From Paragordius varius (taxonomy: Eukaryota > Animalia > Nematomorpha), in the NCBI GenBank assembly GCA_964247055.1, contig OZ176054.1, positions 1,674,001-1,738,000 on the forward strand: 64,000 bases of DNA. The letters are read 5' to 3'. Under the pieces are notes generated by a model that was given only the letters and a program-made list of their open reading frames with translations, ran no database searches and was not told the origin of the DNA. Position numbers and translations under genes: made by a program. Below, one piece after another: positions 50,301 through 63,309 of the stretch (the stretch's first letter is position 1; the number at the start of each line of letters is the position of its first letter).

Positions 50301-52735
50301 AACATTTATTTATTGCTTTAACGCTATTTAAAACAGCCATTTTTAATATTTTTGTTTTTTTAAAATTACCATCTCATCAATATTAATTTTTTCTTTGGTT
50401 GGCTCATATAAATATTTTAAAGACTAAAAACAAGTTTTAGGGTATTTTTAGTAATTTTAACGATTATGTAAAAAATTTACAGTTATAAATATATATATTA
50501 ATATCCACTAGGTAAAATAATTTTGATAAAGATAATTTTTTAAAAAAAACCAAATGCTTCTATAAAGATTTTTTTTAAATTTTATACTCAACCCTAATAA
50601 TTACATTAAAATAATATATATGATTTTTAATCTAGTTAGTATCTGTAAAATTTTTTGACTTACTTTAGGGTTGAAAAATTTGACTATATAAACCCATTTT
50701 ACATCAGATTGATTTAAATGACTAACTACCTTTCAAAAGATACAGTTTTTTGAGCTCTTTCGAATGATATAAAATACATGGCTTTATATTTAAAACTTTT
50801 AATTTTAAAATTTCGAATTTAATATTAAATCGGATGTGTTAGACCAATTTTTTTTCAGAAATACTAATGTACTTTAATGAAATAAATTTTAAATTTACAA
50901 GAATGGCAGTTAAAAAAAGTCAAAATTTGCTGTCAAATGTTATGAGTGTTAAATAATGCCCAAAGGCCAACAAATTAGCATTTTCACGCCAAGTGTTTTC
51001 AACTTTAAATTACAACTTTAAGTTTAACTAATATATAATTATCAAACATTATAATAATTCTTTTATATGGTAAAAAATAAATGCATTTTAAATTTTAATC
51101 ACAAATGTCTCTTTATGTGCCAGCCAGTATTTTTCACGATTATTTTAGAGGAAAGATAGATGATTAATTTCAATTGCTATTGTATACCCAAACTAAGGTA
51201 ATATACTTGATACAATATATAAGATTATTGGACTGAAAATAAAAATATTTAGCTTTAAACCTGTGCTATATAATATTGAACAAATATTTTTATGTGATGT
51301 AGTAAAGTTAATTTTTTAAACCCTTTAAAAACGATATTATATAGTGGTAAAAATGCGATCAAAAGATGGAAATTTCAATTCTTTTTTAAAAACAACCAAA
51401 AACCATATTGGGCGGCAGTTCATAAATGGCGATTATCAAATATGTACATATCATTTTTATACACCTTATATTTGTGGAATTATATTTATCTAGTAATCGA
51501 ATATTTTTAATCAATAAATACGTTCCAAAGTAGACAGCCTAAAATTTATATATGTGTAAACTTTAAATAATAACGACCAACCAATAACCATCAATCCATA
51601 TGAATGATTAAATTAAAATTGTTTTTTTATCTTTTGCTTTGTGTAGACGTCATCATTGCTACTTGTACAGTTTATCTTCACACCTACTCTGTGTAATAAA
51701 AAATATAATTAGATTTCAAAACAAAAGTGTTATAACACTTTAATGATTGATGTTCTTGTAAAAAAGAATTAAAATAACGACTGTTACAATATAATTTAAT
51801 TAACATGTTTTCGATGACCTAACATAGTTAGAGAATGACTACTTTCTCAGCATATTAATATTATTTTTATGCATATATGCAATTTCTAATTAAAATTTAA
51901 ACATACAACAACCAAAAAACTCGCACCTATGAGAAATGATTCTTTTTATTACCAAGTTTTGTCGTAGTAAGTAAAGAAAATAATTTTTCTACTATACATA
52001 AGGATGGACGATACTTTTGCCTTTTTTTCCTACAATATGATAACTGTAATAAATAGCACAGAGAGGTCATAAAAAATATAGTTTTTACCGCGCATTAGTT
52101 TTCATATTTTTTACTTTAGTTGAAGCAGTTATGGACAAATTATTTGTAATTTGTAAAATTAAAGAGAGAAAACTTAAAAAAGGATATAATTTTATTAACC
52201 CTACCTTTTAAACCTTAATTTTTCCCACATAAACTATATGATTACAATTTGGAAATAAATACAAATTAAGTGTGCTACCAATTTACATCTCTATTTCTTA
52301 TTTTGCGATGCCAAACGATTAATTTAAAATAAAGAAGTTAAGGTTTAAGAAGTATGGTTGTCTTTTAGTTTTTACGTTTTGTCTGTATAATTTCCTTTTT
52401 TAGTGTATTTTATATTTGTTTTGTGGCTTTTAGATGATAAAAATGATGATAACGGTAGTTATCATATTTGGCATGTGTTGGTTACCTCTCAATGTGCTCA
52501 TCCTTTTAGCTGATTATTACCCTTCAGCTTTTTTCTACAAACATATCCATTACATTTGGTTTATGTGTCATTGGATAGCTATGTCTCACAGTTGTTGGAA
52601 CCCATTTATTTACTGTTGGATGAATCGTAATTTTCGACGCGGTTTTCTCCACCTTTTTTATAGCCTTGTCCATTGTGGAGGTCTATGTTCATTTGGGTGT
52701 TGGACGAATACAAAGGAACCCGAAACTAATTTGTG

Positions 52736-52736
<1 letters not shown>
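44303..52736 (+). CDS. Rhodopsin-class neuropeptide GPCR, RYamide/luqin-receptor-like, 3 exons, about 727 aa
   Basis: Exons 44303-45984, 48762-48960, 52434-52736. TM1 ALVGNVAV, TM2 TNLFIFHLSVADVL, GYWPFGRLMC, ISADRF, CIETW, RIWGNRTPGEAEAKRD, KMIKMMITVVIIFGMCWLP, HWIAMSHSCWNPFIYCWMNRNFRRGF. Intron 2 has a GC donor (AAG|GCAAGT). Confidence 0.92.
52131..52391. mobile_element. MITE family D, degenerate copy in GPCR intron 2
   Basis: Right end AAGTATGGTTGTC...TTTACGTTTTGTCTGTATAAT; left end decayed. Confidence 0.6.
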
Positions 52737-52738
<2 letters not shown>

Positions 52739-52775
<37 letters not shown>

Positions 52776-52895
52776 ATACTATAAACATGCATTCATTTTA
52801 CTTATACCGAGAGTGATTTGGATTCGGTAGATCCAACCAAATTTAGCTAGCACTTATACCCTTCTTTTATATGATGATTCCAATTATATATATAT

Positions 52896-52932
<37 letters not shown>
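52739..52932. repeat. (TA)n microsatellites directly after the GPCR stop codon
   Basis: TA runs at about 52739-52772 and 52885-52932. Similar runs at about 1628-1653, 7243-7272, 20670-20693 and 42362-42392. Confidence 0.9.
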
Positions 52933-54879
52933 ATATTCATTTATTATAAAAATGAAATAAATTATCTATATTTAATATATACATTAAAAATGACCACCAT
53001 TAAATATAATTTTATGTTTAAAACGGCTAATAAAGTCGATGGTAATTTAGCAGAATAAGTTTAAATTACAATTATATAATTGCTAAAATTATGTATTTAT
53101 ACAATGTAAATTATAATTTGATTTGTAACGATTTAGTTGTAATATTTTTGGCATGGTCTGTGACTATTCATAACTATCAGTTTTTAAATTTAAATTTGTA
53201 TGCTTCAAATAATACCACTAAATATAAAATGAATTAGGCGATAAAACATTAAACTTAAAAATACGTTTGATCATTCTACCGTATAAATTATTTGATATAC
53301 CATCATCATAATCATTATCAAGTTTTGAAATTTGAACACACATAAATAAAAGTTAGTTTTATGGGATGACAGTTATAACCGTCAAATAAATTATTTATTT
53401 TTGGTACCAAAAAATGTATTTTTTTTCATGCCTTGGCTTGCTTAAATTATTTTCCCAAATCTCCTAGAAGCAATATTTCATTTAAATGGTAATCATTCAA
53501 CTGTTATTTGAAAAAAACGCTTTGAAAAAAAAAGCAAAACTCAATATTTTTATACAAGACGCATACTATATAAATCTAATTTCATCATACTTAATCTGTT
53601 TTTACGGTGATAAATATATTGCGTGTGACAGCAACTGCGAAGTATTTGTAAGTAAAACCAATCATTCGATTTTTTTTCTAAAAGTAGTATGGAAATAAAT
53701 TACAAAACATAATATAATTTGCAATTATGATCCCTTTGAGAATATACTAAGAGTTAATGAATCAGAAATTTTTTTACCAATTTCTTAAATGACACATTTG
53801 CAAGAGTTATATATGTATATATATAGGAAATAACTGTATCATAAACAGTCAACTACACTTGTAAAGTATATCATAAGTAAAATGGTTAAAGATATATTTA
53901 TGTTTGTTTGATTGTGCAAAAATGATTAAGGATTTTTTTTGAGTCTTAGTAAATGAATAATTTTATCGAAATATATTAAGGAGGAGACATTTGCAGCAAT
54001 AATGTCAACCTTGAAACTTTGTCAATTTCTTTCTCCAATATATCCATAAGAATACAAGTATATATATAATATACATGACGAATTGCAATTCCCATTATTG
54101 TGAAAAAAAACTTGAATCAAGTTAACTCAAAAAATCTATATAAAAGCTCAATAGAAGCACCTATGCTCTAATCCAAATAATTTTTGATTTTACTACAAGA
54201 TAACTTTATTGAAGTTAGTGTGCTATTTAAGGGAGGTCAAATCATAAATATAGATATATATATATATTGACTTTTAAATTAAAAATATTTGAACTTCGTA
54301 AATGTCGTTATATAATTATAAAAAAATGAAAATAATTTTTTTTGAAAAATATTTTCTTAGCTATCTGCATATTATTCTTTATATCAAATAAGATTATCAA
54401 ATTCAATGGATACAGTAAAAATTAATGCGAATAAAATATAAATCGCACAATATTTTTTAAAAAGAGGTAACTACTCCTTTTATTAAATTTACAATTTTGA
54501 TTTATGTAATGAATGTACTAGCAACTTATATTTCCATTCCAACCAAAAGGATAATTGATGAAATCAGGATTATAGAATAGAGTTGTCGTTTAGATTTTTA
54601 CTCATGGTAGGATCGACAAACTGATATTAAGATTACTAAAATCTATTTATATTTGTCAAAATATTGCTTTATGAAATTTAATGTTTTGATACTTTACTTA
54701 ACCTCATAAAAATCAATCAAATATGCTTCTCATTTTTATATAAGATTTCGTGCTTCAAAAAAAACATAAAGTGACGGTTAAATTATAACCGACAACCGTG
54801 TTTTTAAGTAGCCTAACATCTTTTCAATTACTATATGAGATTTTTAATGAAATTTAAATTGAATAAGACATCGACACAT

Positions 54880-55260
54880 TGTCATGAGGTGCACATATAA
54901 TTATATGTCCCAAAGTTCCAGGACCAATGTCACTTTGTGGGATGAAAACTGTATTTTTTAGGCTTTATTTAGATGGAACAATACTAATTTTCATTTTTTA
55001 ATACATGGGATTAACACTTGGATATACATATTTATTTGAGAGCTCCGATTCAAATTGTCCAAGGGGATCTCATGCCTGTTTAATAAAACTATTGCAAAAG
55101 TTTGCACTTATATAACGATGATGCACCGAAATATAATGAAAGATTCATTAAAAGAAAACTTAATATTACTTATTTTATGGACAAACCTCAAGGTAAAAAT
55201 CTAATCACCATGCCATATGTACATTGGCTAAATATAAAAATAATGCTAAATGAACCACTT
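54880..55260 (+). pseudogene. Possible decayed Penelope-like reverse transcriptase C-terminal fragment
   Basis: Frameshifted pieces RLYLDGTI, YLFESSDSNCPRGSHACLIKLLQKFALI and YNDDAPKYNERFIKRKL...LITMPYV recall the FLD..I / YL..S.HP / NGYP..FI...I.LPY order of PLE RTs. Weak similarity. Confidence 0.3.
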
Positions 55261-55273
55261 TTTCTGTTTATAT

Positions 55274-55555
55274 CAGGGATGTCCAACACAAATGGCTTTG
55301 TGGGCCTCATTTTTTGGATCGAGAAATATATGAGCAAACAAATATTTGATTTGATTTTAAACATAAGAATGTAAAAATTACTATTTATTTAACAATTTTC
55401 GCTAGTTCATTCCCAAAATTTGGAAAAACTTAATCGGATGACTTGTTTAAGAAAATCAAATTTACTGAATTAAGTGAAATTTTGTATTTGAGATTTCTCG
55501 CGGTCTGCCATATTTTGGAGGGCTGCATTTTAAACAAATGTTTGGATTTAAATGA
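55274..55555. mobile_element. hAT MITE family A, right end decayed
   Basis: CAGGGATGTCCAACACAAATGGCTTTGTGGGCC left end; right boundary approximate. Confidence 0.65.
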
Positions 55556-56606
55556 AGAATTAGCTTTAATTTTAGCGTTAGATTCAAAAATAAACGATAT
55601 TTTGCTGAAATGTTATAAAATAAAAATGGCGTCGAAGTAGTTTAATATGAATCTTTTTTTTATCAAAGCTAAAATTTATTCAGATATTGTGGTTATATAA
55701 TTTTTATTAAGATAGTAGGCATAAACTTGTATTGGAACCGTTTCTTTTGGTAGTTTTTCAAAAATATCCTCTTAAATATAGTTGGTCTCTAGATACCCCA
55801 ATCCGAATTGAAGTGATTATATTTTTTCAATAGCTTTTTAAAAAATAAATTTTGAAAAAGTGCCCCATATGTGTTGGAGATTTTTTATTCTACGTCACTG
55901 GTACTTGTCAAAAAAAGTTTGAAGAACTGAATAAAATATTTTTTTTCACAAGGGTCGTGTACCATAAATTACCGACAAATATTGCATTGTTTATTGCAGA
56001 TAACTATAATATTCTAAATACCATGAAAATGGGCCCTGATTTGAGTATTACTGATTTATATTGTATTAACTGTGAAATCCAACTTAACAATTGATACAAT
56101 ACTTCATCTTTCCAAAGTGTTCAAAACTATAAATTATTGTTGGAAAACGGTTTTTTTGTAAAAATGGAACATAGACAAAAAACTATACGTCTGTCCAGTC
56201 TCACTTGGCAAATACTTAATTTATGTCTTTTGATAAAAACGTCAAATTTAGTGCATTAAACAAATATTATATCGTTTGGTACAAAAAACCCGTTATTTAG
56301 GAACGAATCCTGAAAAAAATCGTTATATATATATATATATATAATAAATAAAAAACAGTTTATTATGATTTATCAATATTAATAATTATATTTTTTTTCA
56401 GTACGCACAAATAAATACTGTAGCCAAAGTTATTTCATATTTTAATAGGATGAAAATATGTCTCACATGACCGTTTACACTAGGACACCCTTGATACAAT
56501 TAATATTAGTGTCTTGAATATTATTTCGTATCAAACGCCTTTTTATTATTATGTTTACGAACAATTTTTTCCCTCAAATTTTTGCACATCAGTTAAGCAT
56601 ATTTTT

Positions 56607-58685
56607 TTATTTTTGTATGCGTTTTTTAGGTGTAGCACCCGTCGAAGTATTTAAAACTTTGGTTAAAAGCATATTCTTCCAAAATTGACTCATTTGAGCA
56701 CCGCGCTCTTTCACATATTCCATGGTTCCTATCTTAGCTTTGAGTATTATCCATTTTTTAAAGGTGGGAAACTCAATTGGTTGGTAGTCAATTTCTTTAT
56801 CTTTGTTGGGAGTTGAATTTGGAAGCGTAGTTTTTTTGCTACTGCTTGAAACACTTTTTAAGTTTGGTGAAGATGATTCAATGATATCACAGACTGGAAA
56901 TATACAGGATCCAATATTTTTGTTTCGACACATGACTTCCATTTTGATGACTAAGTTATCGGGTTTTTCCTGGTAAATCTTATAAGTAAACGCCTGGTTT
57001 TCAAAATATAATACATTGTATGCTGCTATTGGGGTACTACCTATTGACCGGATTAATTTAGTGCTTTCGTTAGTTTCATCGGAGGAACTTGAAGTCGTTT
57101 GCTCCAAACTTTGGGCTTGAAATCTATCCTGATCATTAAGTATTGGTGAAATTTGGTTTAACTTACCATCTCCAACATCTAAGACATTTTTAGCCAATAA
57201 TGAATCTATAACGGTACCATAAAATTCATTGAAAGTTTCAACGTTTGTTAAGGGGAGAATGCGAACCAATGATAATTTTTTCGTAGCCAATACCTTAGTA
57301 CTCTCTTTACGTGAACATGTAATGTTTACACTGATATCTGTAGCTTTGAGGCCAATCCTTTTTACAGGTAGTTGAATGTTTCGAGCCAAGCAAAGACCGA
57401 TAGTTATTAGGCGAATATCTTGATCATATCGGCCACATATCAATACTTCACCCGCTATCTTTTCCCTATCACTGAAATCCACCAAAGGCACAGTAAAACG
57501 ACGAGGTATCTCATCAAGTTGAACCATATCTTTTAACAAATGGTTGTTTGTTTCCTTGCAGGGCGAATGTTTTAATTCATGTTTCACCTTTTTACGGAAT
57601 GCTTTAGGTAATGCCTATTAATATGGATCTTTTATAAAATATATGATTTTACCTTTAATTTAACACTAGGTAAACATAAAAAGAATCAGCATTTTATTTT
57701 AAATTTTTAAGGTTACTAAAAAAAAATGCCAAAAATTGAAAGAATGCATGCATACCAAATTTAGTGTGTTTAGAAATAAAGCACCTATTGGATCATCTGC
57801 ACTCAACATATCATGGTCATAGATGCGAAGTTCCAACAAATTTTGAGCAAATACATGCATAGGTAATGGTTGAAATCGAAATACTTGAAAAAACAATGGA
57901 CACTGTTGCTGATTTGCAACTTCCGATTGATAAAAATGGCCAAATTTTATGCTTCCTTCGGGCCAGAGACCAAGCTTAAAATAAGGGTCACAACTGCCCA
58001 AAATATCCATTTTAGGGAGTGCATTTATACTTATGAGTTTAAACACGATAGTTTCATGGATATCGTATAACTGTAAAAGCGAATTCCCTTCAAGTTCTGA
58101 TGATAATGCACCCTTTCTGCGCCTTTCAACTTCGGACAGTTTTCGGATTTTGTATAAATTTTTTGAAGTTAGTGAGCCCAATCGCTTGTTACGTTTTACA
58201 GCGCGGGTCCATATCTTTTGCATGACATTGGGTATTTTAATTTGTTGACCCGGTAGCAGGTCAATTGCTTTTCGTTTTTCCACATAGTTCCAATCTTTAT
58301 ACAATTCAAAAGTTATCGAAGGCTGAGCCTTGGGATACTGCGTAACCTTATAATGTGACCAAAGATAAAAGGATAAAATGGTATTGATCGCAATAACAGC
58401 GGCATATATACCAAGTTTAAATGCAATATAAAAGATATCTATGGGATTCAATTGACTTTCGGGACTGCTTAAACGCCATTTATCAAACCAATGTTTGGGG
58501 CGTTTGTGATGCTTTCTTGTTTTATGTCTGTAACCAAAATCTCTGTCTGTATCCTGAACAACTGTAAAATTTGCTATTTGAAACACTCTAGGTATTAGCG
58601 TAAAATTTGATCTATTTGATGGGAACGTATTATGATCCTCATTTACGTTCAGGTTGAGTGTTGATTTTAGCGTTGTTACTAGCAT
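56607..58685 (-). CDS. Divergent synaptotagmin-like protein (TM + C2A + degenerate C2B), about 645 aa
   Basis: Exons 57756-58685 and 56607-57614, with a 141-nt GT-AG phase-0 intron. Hydrophobic helix IFYIAFKLGIYAAVIAINTILSFYLW; C2A loops PKMDILGSCDPY and YDHDMLSADDPIG; C-terminal QFWKNML resembles the synaptotagmin HW.DML motif. The start codon is uncertain and an upstream exon is possible. Confidence 0.75.
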
Positions 58686-58748
58686 AGAATTTAAAGATAA
58701 AATATCTGATATCTTCAACAAGTATGTTGAAATATTTTAATTTTTTTA

Positions 58749-59014
58749 ACCCTTTTCCGTTAAAATATAAATCTAATGCCTACAAAACAAAAAACGGTAT
58801 TTTTATTTTGCCATGGCGGCTTTGTAGTTTAGCTCTGATGCCAGAAGGCAATAAAATTTAAAACTTTAATTATTAATTTACCCTTTTCCGTTAAAATATA
58901 TTTAATCAAATGCTTACTAATTGCTAAAAACGGTATTTTTATTTTGCCATGGGGGCTTTGTAGTTTAGCTCTGATGCCAGAAGGCAATATAATTTAAAAC
59001 TTCAATTATTAATT
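58749..59014. repeat. Direct tandem duplication, period about 131-135 bp
   Basis: ACCCTTTTCCGTTAAAATAT...CGGTATTTTTATTTTGCCATGG(C/G)GGCTTTGTAGTTTAGCTCTGATGCCAGAAGGCAAT occurs twice, starting at 58749 and 58880. Confidence 0.92.
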
Positions 59015-59061
59015 TGTATTGTTGCGAGTATAAATGTTGAAAATCATACATTAAAATTGAG

Positions 59062-59301
59062 ATTGTACGGACAAAACATTTTTAAAAAACAACAACCATA
59101 CTTTACCAAACCTTAATTAATCGTATCAAAACCATTCACTAACAATCTTAAAATATGTAATTGATTGTGTTACCCATATACATCATTATTTTATACTTTT
59201 TTGTTCTAAATATGAGTTATATTAAAAAAATTAAGATATTAAAAGTATGGTTGTCTTTAAAAAAATATATTTGTTATATTTTTACGTTTTGTCCGTATAA
59301 T
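59062..59301. mobile_element. MITE family D
   Basis: TIR ATTGTACGGACAAAAC / GTTTTGTCCGTATAAT with subterminal CAACCATACTT / AAGTATGGTTG. Confidence 0.8.
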
Positions 59302-60551
59302 TTTAATTTTTACTGTAAAAATCATTTTATTTTTTTGAAAACCACTATTAAAAGTTCACAAATTTCAGAGTTAAAATACCTGCAGTGCTAATATTTCCGC
59401 TATTCCGTGTCCATAATGGTACCTCAAAATGAAAATGTGACACCCAACATACTTTATAGATAATGATTATGGTATAATACAGGATATACATACAGCATAT
59501 ATTTGATTTAATAAATAAATATAGAACGGTGGTAAAAAAAACGTTATATTCTATTTTATTTGATATCAAATAAAGGACAAATATTTTTTAGCAAAGTATA
59601 ATCCAATTTTAATTTGGTTCAAAGCAAAAAAATAATAAATTATAATTCATTTAATTAATTATTTTACTTAGATGAGAACTTATGGTGTTCAACAACCCTT
59701 TTTTCACAATTTTATCATCTGTCAGCCCTAGGCAGCTAGGTGTTAACTCATAGATGAGTTACAAATTAGGTCTTTATACTTGTGTAAAAAAGGAAAAGGA
59801 GATTTTTGAGAAAATTTGGGATAGACAGGATACTAAATTAGTTCAAATTACGGTTTTTATCAATTTTCGACCTTTGTTGTTAATTCAGATATTTGTGAAC
59901 ATTTTTTACATAAAAAAAATTGCTTTAAACAATTTATACCACATTCATTTATATTATTTATGATATAAGTAACTTATATCACCAATGTATTTATATATAT
60001 ACATTTGAATATTACTAGCATTGACAAAAAAATAAAATTATCTATAAATATTTAGTATTGGAAAACATTTTTTTAGCAAAATATTTAAAGTTAGCTACTG
60101 TACTGTAAAGTGGCGACAAAATTTAAGCGACACATGCCCAAAGGAATAATTTAACATTAACATATATTAATAGTTCTCTGCTTGCCCTTTTGATCAACCC
60201 CAATAGGAATTATCGTATCTTTATTAAACAAGAAGCGATTGGAACTTGGTGCAAAAGAATAATTTGTTAAAATAAGTCAATATTTTAATACATTAATCTG
60301 TAAATACATATAAATACCCCGTTTCCATTAATAATAATTCAAAATGCAAATAAATCCAAAAGGCGAATCGAAATAATGTCGCGTCAAATTGGGTAGACAC
60401 CAAAATAAATTCGGGAAGCATTTTATTCAGAAGTATTTTATGCTGAGATTTTTGACGCCTGTCTCGGATTGGAAACTATATATAGGATTAGAAAAAAGTC
60501 AATATTTAACTTTTAAGTAATTAAAGGACACATTTGCCTCTAACTTTTACA

Positions 60552-63309
60552 ATGCTTATTCTGTTTAAGTGCCTAAATTTATTTTTTATTATCCTAACTA
60601 TAGTTAAACTAAATGGAATATTTTCAAGGAACATCCCTTTAAAGTATGAACCAATCAATGCCTTAAAATTCAAGCGATGGAGTTTTCTACTTGATATATA
60701 CAATAATGATTTCAAAACATTGGATAGCCTATTTGGCAGGAATTATAATTCGGAAATTATCGAAATATATCCAGGTATTAACCTGCATACATTTATAAAT
60801 ACAAAACATTTCTTTCCTCTTTGTTTTTGTAAAATAGATAGCGTAAAAAACGGTGTCTCAATATTTAAATCCAATAATCTCAAGATACCTCCCATGGGCC
60901 ACATCAAATTGTTGTGTAAGCGTAAGCAAGCAAACTTTCATCAATTAACAAATCGTATTTATTTGCAAATCGATTTCATATTCGAACATGGGGGGACCAT
61001 TTTAAATCATCCTAAATCATATATATGGCCATTGGAATATGAAATTATTACAACCAACAATTCACGTTACATTCAAGTCGATCTGACACCGATATTAATC
61101 AACTCATCAAGCACAATAATGGTGCCAGAATTCTTTGGTTTTAAAAAACAAAATTTTTAATAATTAGGATTCACGATAAAAAATGTGTCATGCTCTCCAA
61201 ACCTAATGATGACACGCACTAATATAATAAATGAGATATTGGAACAAACAATAAAACGTAAGATGATTGATTATTATTTTTGTAAAATCGAAATATAAAT
61301 TAATATTTTTTTTGCAATACCAATAATATAATCCTTGACATATTTTTAACAGCACACATAAAGTCCGTTGGTAAAAGATCTATCCAGAATGGGTTTTCCA
61401 ACGTTATTGATCCTCTGAATGATAATACATTTTGTCAAAAGTATTTTATATTACGCAAAGCTTAAAACTTTAAAATAATTGTTTAAGATTTTGAAGACTA
61501 GTTTGAAGTCCTAGATAAATAGCTAATAACTAAATAAACTTTGAAATAATATTTCGGATTGATCAAATATTAATTATATAAAATAAAAATAGAAATACGA
61601 CTATAAATAAACAATAATTAATTATAAAAATTAAAACAGTTTGCTATTTTTCATTGCGTAATAAATTTATTTATTTTATAATTTTAATAAATTTATTATT
61701 TTTACACGAGTTATTCACAATTTGTTTAAAATTATTGTTAAAATTGAAACTAAAAAACGTTTCTCCAACTTGCCGGTTATTTTGATAAAATCGATATATT
61801 TAAAATCGCAGTTTAAATCAGTTATCCAATTTTCCAGTTTCGGTTTTGGCCCTAACACACGTCTTCAAAATTATGAAGTAACCGCTTTTTGTGGTTTAAT
61901 AAACTCTTTTTCATTAACATACATTTACACATCAATGAAAATTTTAGGTACATATTGAAGAGATAACATTTTAAATCAAAATAAATATTCAATAAAATTT
62001 TTTTTTATGATTTCAACATAATTCCAAGCAGTAAAAACTTTAACTTACAACATTGACCATTCTTTAGATACGATATGATGGTAGATTTCGAAACGCTAAA
62101 TTTTCTTGATCCTGATTATTGGATTATTGCACCGACCAAGTTTAATGCTTATTACTGTGACGGTGTGTGTGACCCCTCTTCTTTTGGCTTACATCAGAAT
62201 CCTACAAACCATGCAACTTTGCAAGGGATGGTTTACATTGATATCAAGAACGTTGCTTCAAGTAATTTATAAAATTCTTCATTTAGTTTAACTCAACAAC
62301 AATTTTATAATCGTTAAGAGCATAATTATATGATTAAATAGTAACCGTTACTATTTGAAAATATATATGTTACATAAATATTTAAAATATACAATAGTTT
62401 CTGAGCTGAAAGTAGTTCGAATTCCAATTCTCCCGTCATTTTTAACTAATTTTAATAAACAATGTTGCTAACGTCATATCAGAAAACCCAAAATATTATT
62501 TGAAAAAAAGATTAATAGTATAAAATTATCATATAAAACGAGAATTTAATCTGGAAAACGGATTTTTCTTCAAAATGCAAAAGACAGAGATTTACAAATT
62601 TATATCATTCATTTTTGAAATTAGCATGTGTTTCCTAATAAACCATAATGAAATAATTTTGAAACCAGCTGAATTATAAGGAAATTTTTTTAGCCAATAT
62701 CATAGTAAAAATTTATTTCGTTGACAAAGTAAATGGTTTTACAAAAAAATTAGGATTGTTTATCCTTTTACACAAACAATATCTTTTAAATTAAACAAAT
62801 AATAGTCTATTTTTATTCAGTGAAAAAATATTATTTAAATTTCAAAACATTTCAGTGCGGTATTTAAAAATTTTTTTTGTTGATTGCAATGGAATAAAAT
62901 ATCTTATTTCACTATTTACTGATTAAAAACAATTGTTAAATAAAGAAATATATACTGAAGGCCAAAATATTCAATCTCTAAGATTTTAATCATTAATTTT
63001 ATTTATTACATAGATCAAATACCTAAAACTATGGACAATACAACAAACACATCTTCTTATGCGTCGTCCGTAAATTATGCAATTCCTTCAAATAAAAGTC
63101 ACCCAATTAATAATCCGGCGGATAAAATAAACGATTTGAAGTCCCAAAAATTGAAACCTGAAAATCTTTCAATACCATTAAAACCGCCCCTTCCATGTTG
63201 TGTTCCCAGCAAATTAGAACCTTTAACGGTTCTCTATTACGATCGGCAAAGAAATGTGGTCCTTAAAACTTTCCACGATATGATAGCTTCAAACTGTGGA
63301 TGTCAATAA
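60552..63309 (+). CDS. TGF-beta family BMP-type ligand (ADMP/BMP-like), 4 exons, about 387 aa
   Basis: Exons 60552-61137, 61353-61440, 62068-62261, 63014-63309 are phase-consistent. Signal-peptide-like MLILFKCLNLFFIILTIV; seven cystine-knot Cys in FCQK, YYCDGVCD, PCCVP, NCGCQ; WIIAP, PTNHAT and NVVLK..DM motifs. Confidence 0.9.
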
